Virus record (IMG/VR): IMGVR_UViG_3300042894_007218
Strand: one strand, 5' to 3'
From: an uncultured virus (IMG/VR IMGVR_UViG_3300042894_007218)
Lineage: Duplodnaviria; Heunggongvirae; Uroviricota; Caudoviricetes
DNA length: 64,000 nucleotides
The position numbers and the translations under genes are program-made. The notes under the pieces were generated by a model. The model saw only the letters and a program-made list of their open reading frames with translations, made no database searches and was not told the origin of the DNA. Below, in pieces: positions 55,687 to 64,000 of the stretch; position 1 is the stretch's first letter, and every line of letters begins with the position of its first letter.

Positions 55687-56223
55687 TTAGTTTTGTTTTA
55701 AATTTGTCCCGCAGTTTGGACAGAATTGAAAATCTTTATTTTCGGTTCCACAGTTAAAACAGAATTTAATATTTACGTTTCCGTTTATAACTACTTGTTT
55801 TTGTACCGTAGTTTGCTTTCTGGTCATCATTATAGCGTTTGTTGGTATCATTATTGTATTTCTAAGACCCGCTATTTTCACTTCAATATTTGGTTGTATT
55901 GTATAGTCCCAGTCTAAATCAATCCATCTTGTAAATACAGTTGTTTTTTGATTTATAACTTCTTGATTTTCTCCGGCAATAAAAATTACAGCATTGTTAA
56001 TATTTTTTTCAAAAGCATATTCCATTGATGCTTCAGTCAACGTCTTCATAATTTTAAAAACTTCTAAAGGAGATGGATTTCCAGAAACTTTTACAAAATC
56101 AATAGACCAAACATTTGATTTTGGTGCAGTTTCGTATATCTTTGCTAAATATTTACAACCAGCATCTGTAGAATATTGAATTATTCCGTCACCAATTAAA
56201 GTTTTGTCTATATGATATGTCAT
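55687..56223 (-). CDS. Hypothetical protein with C-terminal double zinc ribbon
   Basis: FCFNCG...FCPNCG; ATG at 56223 follows TAATATATA. Confidence 0.65.
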   Translation of the reverse strand: MTYHIDKTLIGDGIIQYSTDAGCKYLAKIYETAPKSNVWSIDFVKVSGNPSPLEVFKIMKTLTEASMEYAFEKNINNAVIFIAGENQEVINQKTTVFTRWIDLDWDYTIQPNIEVKIAGLRNTIMIPTNAIMMTRKQTTVQKQVVINGNVNIKFCFNCGTENKDFQFCPNCGTNLKQN

Positions 56224-56266
56224 AAAGTATATATTAATTTCCAATTAAGCCATATTTATCTGTAAA

Positions 56267-56300
56267 TATTTGATTTTTACTGAAAAACTCCGTATCTTTG
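56267..56300 (+). promoter_or_regulatory. Bacteroidota-type sigma-A promoter
   Basis: TTTG ... TATCTTTG upstream of the peptidase gene. Confidence 0.65.
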
Positions 56301-56317
56301 TATTATAAAATAATAAG

Positions 56318-57532
56318 ATGATAAAAGTAGAAGATTTCGTATTTGAAACGTTTTTAAGACTAACCTCTAAAACAGTTCCTTATGGTTCAGAAGATGTTCT
56401 TGTTGAATCAATGAGAGAGTTGTTTCCAAAAGGTATGCAAAAAGATGAGTGGGGAAATTATTTTTATAAAGTTGGTGAAAGTCGTTCAATTTTTGCGGCT
56501 CACTTAGACACCGTATCAAAAGACTATGTTACTGTTACTCACGTATTTGATGGAAATCTTATTAAAACAGACGGAAAAACTACATTAGGAGCAGATGATA
56601 AAGCAGGTATTACAATTCTTCTTTGGATGATCCAAAACAATGTTCCGGGTCTTTATTATTTCTTCATTGGTGAAGAAGTAGGTTGTATTGGTTCTGGAAA
56701 CGCCGCTAAATTTGGTTTCTTCAAAGGAAACTATGATAGAATTATCTCATTTGACCGTCGTGATGTTGGCTCAATTATTACTTACCAATCATCTTCTCGT
56801 TGTTGTTCAGATGATTTCGCAGATGCTCTTTGTAGAGAATTAAATCAAACTCGTAAAATGTCTTATAAAAAAGATACCGGTGGAGTTTATACTGACTCGG
56901 CTGAGTTTACGCATTTAATTCCAGAGTGTACCAATGTATCTGTTGGTTACTATAAAGAACATACAACTAATGAATCACAAGATATCTGTCACTTGACTAA
57001 CTTGGCTGAAGCATGTGTCAAAGTTGACTGGGAAAAACTTCCCACGAAAAGAAATCCTGAAACTCACGAGTGGAAAGATTACTCATATCCTACTTATGGT
57101 CGTAAAGATTATGGATATCATGATGATTGGTGCGAGGGTTATGACTATGGTCAGTATGATAGTTTAGGATATGGTGATAGTATGTCTGATATTCATTCTA
57201 ATCGTGGTAAGAAAAAAAGAAAAAGAAATCGTAACAGTGGTAAAAGATACTATGATGGTGCTACTGGATTGGTAGATATGGATTTTAGTGATGATGGTTA
57301 TGATTTAACACCAATATCATCTATAATTGGTGGTAGAGAAATTGATAGTGTTATGAATTCCGATTCAAAATATGATTGGATTATGTCTAAGTTCACTGAT
57401 AGTGGTTTAGAGTTTTGGGAACTTCAAATTATCAAAGAACAATACTTAGATATGAATGTTGATTATGATAGATTTTTCTATGATTACTTATTAGACCAGA
57501 TGTATGAGCAGGGTAGTTCTACAATTATCTAG
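56318..57532 (+). CDS. M20/M28-family zinc peptidase-like protein
   Basis: AHLDTV, GADDKAG, GEEVG, FDRR, GYYKEH. Confidence 0.85.
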   Translation: MIKVEDFVFETFLRLTSKTVPYGSEDVLVESMRELFPKGMQKDEWGNYFYKVGESRSIFAAHLDTVSKDYVTVTHVFDGNLIKTDGKTTLGADDKAGITILLWMIQNNVPGLYYFFIGEEVGCIGSGNAAKFGFFKGNYDRIISFDRRDVGSIITYQSSSRCCSDDFADALCRELNQTRKMSYKKDTGGVYTDSAEFTHLIPECTNVSVGYYKEHTTNESQDICHLTNLAEACVKVDWEKLPTKRNPETHEWKDYSYPTYGRKDYGYHDDWCEGYDYGQYDSLGYGDSMSDIHSNRGKKKRKRNRNSGKRYYDGATGLVDMDFSDDGYDLTPISSIIGGREIDSVMNSDSKYDWIMSKFTDSGLEFWELQIIKEQYLDMNVDYDRFFYDYLLDQMYEQGSSTII

Positions 57533-57737
57533 CAATATCAATAATGTCTGATGTTTTAATTATTTCATCAGGTGCGTTAAAAATTTTGGATTTTGGCGTA
57601 TTATGACTAACTTTAAAACTTCTTGGTGATGTCTGTTCTACTATTTGAACTGGTGTAATCATATCATTATACCAATACTCAATTAGAACGGTGTCACCAA
57701 CTTTATAAAACGATTTGAATTCAACAATAAACTGCAT
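57525..57737 (-). CDS. Small SH3/KOW-like protein
   Basis: YKVGDTVLI; TAATATATA upstream. Confidence 0.55.
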   Translation of the reverse strand: MQFIVEFKSFYKVGDTVLIEYWYNDMITPVQIVEQTSPRSFKVSHNTPKSKIFNAPDEIIKTSDIIDIAR

Positions 57738-57755
57738 ATAAAACTATATATTAAA

Positions 57756-58709
57756 ATGTACAATCGACTTATTTTTGACCATGAAATGTTAAACTTCTTA
57801 GATAGAAGTAATAATAGAATTTCTCAAATCTTAATCCATGGTATGAGTGGATTGATAAAGGAAGAAGGTAATTTTGTAAAAAGAGTTGATGATACAATTG
57901 ATACGCTTTCTTATCTTCCAAAGAAAAAATATACAGTAATTCAAGAAGACCAGTCAAAAGATCCATTTGGTGAAGGTGTTGGAAGACAGACTATTAAAAT
58001 TGGTCGTTTTGTCAAAAAGTTTCTTACAGACAATGCTTTTCAAGAGTTTGGTATATCAGATTCTGATGTTGAAAGATTTGTTAATTCGTATAAGTCTTAT
58101 TTTAATTATGACCCTTCAAAACTTCAAATTGCTGAAGGTGAAGATGTAAAAAAATATTATTTAGAAGATAACTATTTTAGACCTGATGGGTGTCGATATG
58201 GTACACTTTGGAACTCTTGTATGAGACAATCAGAAAGAAATAAATTTATGAATCTTTATGTTTTAAATGATGTAAAAATGCTTGTGCTTTTTTCGGAAGA
58301 TGGTAAAGTAAGAGCAAGAGCACTTCTTTGGGAAGAGGTTAAAGAATTTGATTCTGATAAAACATATAAATTTATGGATCGTATTTATACAGTTTATGAC
58401 CATGATGTTGATATCTTTAAAAAATGGGCTAAAGAAAATGGTTATTTAACTAAGTGGGAACAAAATGCTAAAAGTGAACTTTATATTGATGTAGATGGAA
58501 ATCCTAAAAGAATGCATCTTTATGTAATTTTAGATAAACACAATTTAAGTTATTATCCTTATTTAGACACCTTCAAATATTATGAAATTTGGAAAGGTAG
58601 ATTTTCCAATTCTCAAAATTATAACTTTGACTATACTTTAGTTCAAAGTAGTGGGTTGGTAGAAAGAGAATCTGAAGTAGAATATGAAGATGATGATGAT
58701 GAATTCTAA
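57756..58709 (+). CDS. Paralog of 4111..5331 (unknown function)
   Basis: KIGRFV, LWNSCM, RALLW, MDRIY, YPYLDTF. Confidence 0.7.
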   Translation: MYNRLIFDHEMLNFLDRSNNRISQILIHGMSGLIKEEGNFVKRVDDTIDTLSYLPKKKYTVIQEDQSKDPFGEGVGRQTIKIGRFVKKFLTDNAFQEFGISDSDVERFVNSYKSYFNYDPSKLQIAEGEDVKKYYLEDNYFRPDGCRYGTLWNSCMRQSERNKFMNLYVLNDVKMLVLFSEDGKVRARALLWEEVKEFDSDKTYKFMDRIYTVYDHDVDIFKKWAKENGYLTKWEQNAKSELYIDVDGNPKRMHLYVILDKHNLSYYPYLDTFKYYEIWKGRFSNSQNYNFDYTLVQSSGLVERESEVEYEDDDDEF

Positions 58710-59461
58710 AAATCTTTCTGGTCTGCTCGATATTTATCATATCGGTTAGCAATCTCAATAAGAAATTTATTTCTAACAATATCTTCGTTGGTAAATTCAA
58801 AAAGATTTAGGTCCGGCATTCCATTGACCATTTTAATGAAATCGTTATAACCTGAATCTTTTTTTCTTACATCATACTGTGAGGTATCACCCATCATTAC
58901 AGCTCTTGAATCTGTACCCAATCGAGTAATCCATAACATAAGTTGTTTAATAGATGCGTTCTGGCACTCGTCAAGTAACATAATACAGTTGTCATAAGTG
59001 GAACCTCTCATATAAGCCAATGGTTCAAAAATTATTTCTTCTGTTGAGAAAAGAAAGTCTGTGTTAACTTTACCAATTATTTTACAAAAAGTGGTGTAGT
59101 ATGATTGTTTATAAGGATGAAGTTTATCTTCCAATGAACCTGGAAGAAATCCTAAGTTTTCACCGCTTTCTTGAATTGGTTTTGTAATGATAATTTTTTC
59201 AATTTTCTTATCGGCTAAAAGAGCCAGTGCTGTGTAGCAAGTCACAAATGTTTTTGCGGTACCAGCTGGTCCGTGAACAACAGTAAGAATATTATTTCTA
59301 ATTCCTTTATAAAGTTCATTTTGCTTATCAGAAAGACGAACTGTGTTTTTTTGAAATTCTTCTTTTGTCAGTGAATTCTTTTTTCTGATATTTTTTTTGT
59401 ATTCCCAATCGGTAACACCTTCTTGTATTTCACGATTTAATTCTACTTTAGACTTACTCAT
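58706..59461 (-). CDS. phoH: PhoH-family ATPase
   Basis: GPAGTAKT, LGFLPG, PLAYMRG, LDECQN, GDTSQ.D, DIVRN. Confidence 0.92.
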   Translation of the reverse strand: MSKSKVELNREIQEGVTDWEYKKNIRKKNSLTKEEFQKNTVRLSDKQNELYKGIRNNILTVVHGPAGTAKTFVTCYTALALLADKKIEKIIITKPIQESGENLGFLPGSLEDKLHPYKQSYYTTFCKIIGKVNTDFLFSTEEIIFEPLAYMRGSTYDNCIMLLDECQNASIKQLMLWITRLGTDSRAVMMGDTSQYDVRKKDSGYNDFIKMVNGMPDLNLFEFTNEDIVRNKFLIEIANRYDKYRADQKDF

Positions 59462-59646
59462 AGAAATTGTATTTTTTATCGGTTATTTAACCGTCTTCTA
59501 ATTTTCCACATTAAAAAAGCATCAAACGGAATTAATAATAGGCTAATTAATTTCATAATTTATATATCCTAAACGTCTATTTACCCCTTATATCTTTATA
59601 AGAACTTAAAAGTTTTAATATATAAAGGGAAAAATTATTATTTAAA

Positions 59647-59877
59647 GTGAATACGGATTTTCTTAAAAGCAAAGACGATTTAATTTATGAGTTAATTTTC
59701 ACTGAGCAAGTTGAATTTAAAATTGATGTTTCAAAATTCATTGATGATATTTATCAGTATGATGAATTTATCACTGATATCAAATCAATCTTAAAGAAGT
59801 CTAAGGTGAAAATAATTAAAAGTGAAATAAAATTAGATAGTAAAACGGCTGTTTGGAATCTAAAAGTAAGAAAGTAA
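59647..59877 (+). CDS. Hypothetical protein
   Basis: 76 aa ORF (GTG start) after TAATATATA. Confidence 0.6.
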   Translation: MNTDFLKSKDDLIYELIFTEQVEFKIDVSKFIDDIYQYDEFITDIKSILKKSKVKIIKSEIKLDSKTAVWNLKVRK

Positions 59878-59878
59878 A

Positions 59879-62800
59879 ATGTGGGTATATAACAACGATT
59901 ATAAAAAATGGGAAGCCACTGGTGATAAGTTATTATTAACCGATTATGAGTTATTAAAACAAGAATTATCATCAGTTAGATTTTACTCAAAATGTCTAAG
60001 TGGCGCTACATATTTGCCAGTTCATACACTTGATAATATTTATGATATACTTGGTGAATATAAACCACGTAACTGGTATATTAGTACAAATGCTTCACCT
60101 TATAGTAATACTGGTATACCTGCTGAACATGCTGAACCTATCTTTGCTACAACATCGTATGATTATTATACAAAATATTTGACCGAATATGGATTAACTC
60201 TTAAAAATCTATTTACACCCGAAAGATTAATAAAAGACGCTAACAAAAACTACATACTAGTAGATTTGGCCACAACTGAATCATTAGCTGACTTGCCTGT
60301 TTCAAATGATAATAGAATAATTGATGGTGTTAGACTATTAGAAGGACATAGAGTTTTAATTAAAGACCAAATCACAAGAGTTACTTTATTAAGTGCGCAG
60401 AATCCAGATGATTATTTTCTTTCCAGTTATACAGTTGTTCAAAATTTTGGAGCCACTATTGAGTATCAAACAGCAAGTCCTGAAAATGGTATTTATATCT
60501 ATCAAAATGGTCTATTAGTAAGAGAAACAGATTTAGAAGATTATGATGATTGTCGTAGATTTAGTGTTGTTGTTAAGAATGGTGCTAGTAATTTTGATAG
60601 ACAATTTCATCTTGTTAGATTGTTAAATGGGTATTATCCTACAACTTCAAAAAATGAACCAATTCAATTTACTGAAAGTAAAAATTGGTTATTGAGGAAT
60701 AAAGTTGACTACAATAATTTATTTGAGATTAATTATTATGATGTGATTAAAAATCCTACACAATCATATTTTATAGGTGGTATTACTTACAGTATACCAG
60801 AAAGAACAATTGCTATTGGTGAATTTGGTATAATTTTAAATACACAAGAAGGCATTTCAAATATAATTTATAATAAGTATAAAATTAATTTAAGAAGCAT
60901 ATCTCAAACGTCTAAGTTTTATTTTATTTGTGGAGATGATGGATTATTATTAAAAGTAAGAAAACATGATTTTTTTATAGAAAGACTAATTTTACCTACA
61001 ACTAATAATTTAAGATCTGTTTCATTTTTTGATGATTTAAAAGGAGTTGTTGTTGGTGACTTAAATGCTGTTTATGTTACTGATAATGGTGGTGTTAGTT
61101 GGCAAGCACTTAAGATTTCTGCTTTTGATGCTTTTTACTTTACTAAGGTTATTTATTATTCACCTACTGCATTTTTTGCTTCCGGTAACGTTGGTATTTT
61201 TGTTGAATTTAAAAGAGATATTACCGGTTGGACCGCATTTAAAAGAAGAATATCTAGATTCATAGATGATGATGATGAATATTTACTTGTTGATAATATC
61301 AATGATATTTACTATACAACACTAACAACTTGGGGTTTGAGTTACTCTTATTCAACTCAGTCGATACCTGTTGATAAAGCGATGTTATTTATTGTAACTG
61401 ATGACAGTAAGATTATTGTTCATGACATTAATAGTTTTACAAATTTTGATTTTCTTTATTTAGATTTTCCTTCAAAGTATGGTGATATAAGAAATATAAC
61501 TAAAAAGTTTTCAACTAACGAGTTTTACTTTACTGGTATAGAAGAGGCTACTGGTGATACAGGTTTATTTTCTTTTGACTTGTCAAATTTCACAAATATT
61601 GGTGTTGGTAATTCATATTCAAATACTATTTTGTCTACTTTTTCTGCAACTTATAAGTCTGATTTATATGGTAACGAAATTGTTGATTATTTTGCACAAG
61701 ATTTAATAATTGCCGGAAATGAATCACTTTTAAAATCGTCAACTTATTCCACGCCTTTTAACTTTAATGTTTTAGATGTTAATTTTGAAAATAGATTAAA
61801 ATCTAAATTGTTGTTTTTAGATTATGATGCTGGTTCTAAACTTAACTTCTTTACTGATTTTGGTGAATATAGATTGCCAAATTCTTTAACTTTTTCTTTT
61901 ACCGCATCTACTAGTACTTATTTTGATTTTACTCCATTGGTTTATGGTCCGACTGGTCCAAGTTATATGACTCAATCTGAAACAAATTGGATAGATTATT
62001 GGAAAGACAGTCAAATGACATTTGAATATTACAGTCTAAATCCAACAACAGATGCGACTAAAGTTTTAATGACTACAACTTTTTCTTATTCAAGTAATAA
62101 TGCTGTATTCAATGTATCTACTTTTTCGGCTTTCAGAATAAGTTATGATTTTATTCAGACTGGTCAATATTTTCCTGATATAGATGCTATAAAATCTTTA
62201 GCACCTACTATTTCTGACGAAGGTCATAGTAGATTTTATAGCATTGGTCTAACTGCAATATCTGCTCCAACATACTCTTATGACCTTTATTTTTATGATT
62301 ATTTAATGGTTGCTAAGCTACCAACAACATATCCTGTTCAAGTTGGTGATGTTATAAGATTTGATAGTAATGTTGTAGAAGGCAATTTTATTGTTAATAA
62401 ATTAGCAAATTTGTCTGGTGATAATTATGCTTATATGTTCACTGAGTTTGATAATGCGATTCTAAAAGAACTGACGGCATCTTTTTCGATTACATTAACA
62501 AATTTGAACTACTATAATAATTCTACTGAATTATCTGATAGATTTAACTTACATCCAATTTCAAAGGCATATAGTTTAAGTTATGATGCTACTAATTCTG
62601 TTGCTGAAATTTCTACAGAATTTAATAATTTTACATCTTACTATAATTTAGCAACTAATGTAAACACTCATTATTCACAGTTTACAATGTCATACACTTC
62701 CGGATTTTTAAAATTTGGATATTCGCCTACTTATAATCTTTTAGATTACTTAGAGTCAATAAACGAACTGGGTGATCCAAATCCTAAATTTTATGCAACA

Positions 62801-64000
62801 AAAGAGTATTATGCGATGCCTGATTTAAGAGACATTCCAATGCCTGGCCTGAATTCATTTACTTTTAGTGTGGCTTATGTCGATTATAATGGTATGACGG
62901 CTGCTCAGGGTCTTACTGTATCTAATAGACAAGATAATAAAATATTATTTGGGCAACAATTAGAGTTTGAGTGGAATAGTATATTCATTAATACTTTTAT
63001 TGATATTAATTTATATGCAACTTCTTCTGTTACTACAACCGAAAGAGCACTTGTTACAAAAAAATATCGAGCACTTGATGAAAATGGTGAGGAGTATTTT
63101 GTAATTGAATTGCATAAGAGATTAAATTATGCAGTTAATGTACCATTATATAAAATAGACATAATATCTCGAAGAAAGTTGTATCAAATTAGTGATGATC
63201 TACAACAATTAAATCTTATTCAAAGACCTGTGAAATCTAAAGATTACTTAGCTGGATCTGGACCGAATATTTGGTTTGCTGACTATACTCAGTTTGAAAG
63301 AGAAATGAATTTCAAAGTAAATACCGATTCTTATGCTAAGGTTTTATTAAGTGATGTTGATACTTTAGAATCAATCAGTGCTGTTCTTTACACTGATTAT
63401 AAAAACGAATATGCGATGAATGTAACAAGACTTGGAAAAGAAGTGACTGTTCCTATTCTTAATACTGCAAATTTTGCTGGTAATTTATTTATATCTTGTT
63501 CGGAAAAACATGGTTTAAAAGACGAAGAGGGTGTTGTGTTGGAGTTTACGGGTCTTACTGGCTCATCGGCTTTTGTGAATCAACAATATTTCGGATATCA
63601 CCCGATTAAAAAAGTTAATGAGTATAATTTTTATATTAATTTCCCTTATGGTACAGTTCCACTTGTAGGTAATGATGTTGGTTTTGTTAAGTATTATAGA
63701 CAAGATCCATTCTTAGGTTATGAACCAGTTGACTTAATTGATGTTGGTGTTGATAAAAAGGGTAAAATTGCAATAGAACTGACAACGGAAAATACCATAC
63801 AAAGTGGAGCGACTTATAGTTTATCTGGTGTTGATTTCAGTAAATTTAGATTTAGATTAGTCGATGGTTTAAATATTGAAACTCTTGCGGCTAACTTCCC
63901 TTGGATTTATGAGGCCGAGATTTCAGGAGCAGTAATTGGTCAAAATGGTGAGGATTTAGTTTGGTACAAAGGTAGATGGGAATGTGGAAGGTGGTTCGGT
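59879..64000 (+). CDS. Large virion structural protein, truncated by the window end (not in ORF track)
   Basis: ATG at 59879 is in frame with the window end (MWVYNNDYKKW...WECGRWFG); IDGV.L..GHRVLIKDQ..NGIY fibre-like motif and propeller-like TDNGGVSW segments. Confidence 0.8.
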   Translation, partial: MWVYNNDYKKWEATGDKLLLTDYELLKQELSSVRFYSKCLSGATYLPVHTLDNIYDILGEYKPRNWYISTNASPYSNTGIPAEHAEPIFATTSYDYYTKYLTEYGLTLKNLFTPERLIKDANKNYILVDLATTESLADLPVSNDNRIIDGVRLLEGHRVLIKDQITRVTLLSAQNPDDYFLSSYTVVQNFGATIEYQTASPENGIYIYQNGLLVRETDLEDYDDCRRFSVVVKNGASNFDRQFHLVRLLNGYYPTTSKNEPIQFTESKNWLLRNKVDYNNLFEINYYDVIKNPTQSYFIGGITYSIPERTIAIGEFGIILNTQEGISNIIYNKYKINLRSISQTSKFYFICGDDGLLLKVRKHDFFIERLILPTTNNLRSVSFFDDLKGVVVGDLNAVYVTDNGGVSWQALKISAFDAFYFTKVIYYSPTAFFASGNVGIFVEFKRDITGWTAFKRRISRFIDDDDEYLLVDNINDIYYTTLTTWGLSYSYSTQSIPVDKAMLFIVTDDSKIIVHDINSFTNFDFLYLDFPSKYGDIRNITKKFSTNEFYFTGIEEATGDTGLFSFDLSNFTNIGVGNSYSNTILSTFSATYKSDLYGNEIVDYFAQDLIIAGNESLLKSSTYSTPFNFNVLDVNFENRLKSKLLFLDYDAGSKLNFFTDFGEYRLPNSLTFSFTASTSTYFDFTPLVYGPTGPSYMTQSETNWIDYWKDSQMTFEYYSLNPTTDATKVLMTTTFSYSSNNAVFNVSTFSAFRISYDFIQTGQYFPDIDAIKSLAPTISDEGHSRFYSIGLTAISAPTYSYDLYFYDYLMVAKLPTTYPVQVGDVIRFDSNVVEGNFIVNKLANLSGDNYAYMFTEFDNAILKELTASFSITLTNLNYYNNSTELSDRFNLHPISKAYSLSYDATNSVAEISTEFNNFTSYYNLATNVNTHYSQFTMSYTSGFLKFGYSPTYNLLDYLESINELGDPNPKFYATKEYYAMPDLRDIPMPGLNSFTFSVAYVDYNGMTAAQGLTVSNRQDNKILFGQQLEFEWNSIFINTFIDINLYATSSVTTTERALVTKKYRALDENGEEYFVIELHKRLNYAVNVPLYKIDIISRRKLYQISDDLQQLNLIQRPVKSKDYLAGSGPNIWFADYTQFEREMNFKVNTDSYAKVLLSDVDTLESISAVLYTDYKNEYAMNVTRLGKEVTVPILNTANFAGNLFISCSEKHGLKDEEGVVLEFTGLTGSSAFVNQQYFGYHPIKKVNEYNFYINFPYGTVPLVGNDVGFVKYYRQDPFLGYEPVDLIDVGVDKKGKIAIELTTENTIQSGATYSLSGVDFSKFRFRLVDGLNIETLAANFPWIYEAEISGAVIGQNGEDLVWYKGRWECGRWFG

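Noticed and set aside
59476..59556. 26 aa minus-strand ORF upstream of phoH (MKLISLLLIPFDAFLMWKIRRRLNNR)
   Set aside because: Plausible small membrane peptide but too short to support from sequence alone
60000..61265. Short ORFs 60000..60182 and 61065..61265
   Set aside because: Out-of-frame shadows inside the long ORF starting at 59879
1..64000. CRISPR array, diversity-generating retroelement or stop-codon recoding
   Set aside because: No regularly spaced repeats, no reverse transcriptase or adenine-specific TR/VR pair seen; conserved genes are full length in the standard code

Overview
AT-rich, gene-dense segment of a large T4-like (jumbo/huge) dsDNA phage, read in the standard genetic code. 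The host is probably a Bacteroidota member, judging from several TTTG...TAnnTTTG promoters and an Hc1-like protein. Core genes: N-terminal half of a split family-B DNA polymerase, DinG-like and gp41/DnaB-like helicases, NrdA, UvsX, RuvC-like resolvase, PhoH, a DNA methyltransferase, three homing-type endonucleases, several virion/fibre proteins and many putative head-packaged proteins. Highlights read directly from the sequence: (1) two tandem Y-RNA-like ncRNAs with a shared covarying stem motif, then a terminator, in front of a Ro60/TROVE gene; (2) mini-proteins resembling fragments of major capsid, portal and DNA polymerase, each joined to a recurrent R-x-x-K-[IL]-x-x-[IL] motif (possible anti-defence decoys); (3) an integron-like unit made of a non-IntI tyrosine recombinase, one cassette and an attC-like hairpin, flanked by orphan 3' gene ends; (4) a tRNA-Cys-shaped RNA with intact stems but degenerate loops, directly upstream of a nucleotidyltransferase; (5) a modular fibre/chaperone locus with recent recombination scars. 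Family assignments rest on motif recognition only; no searches were run.
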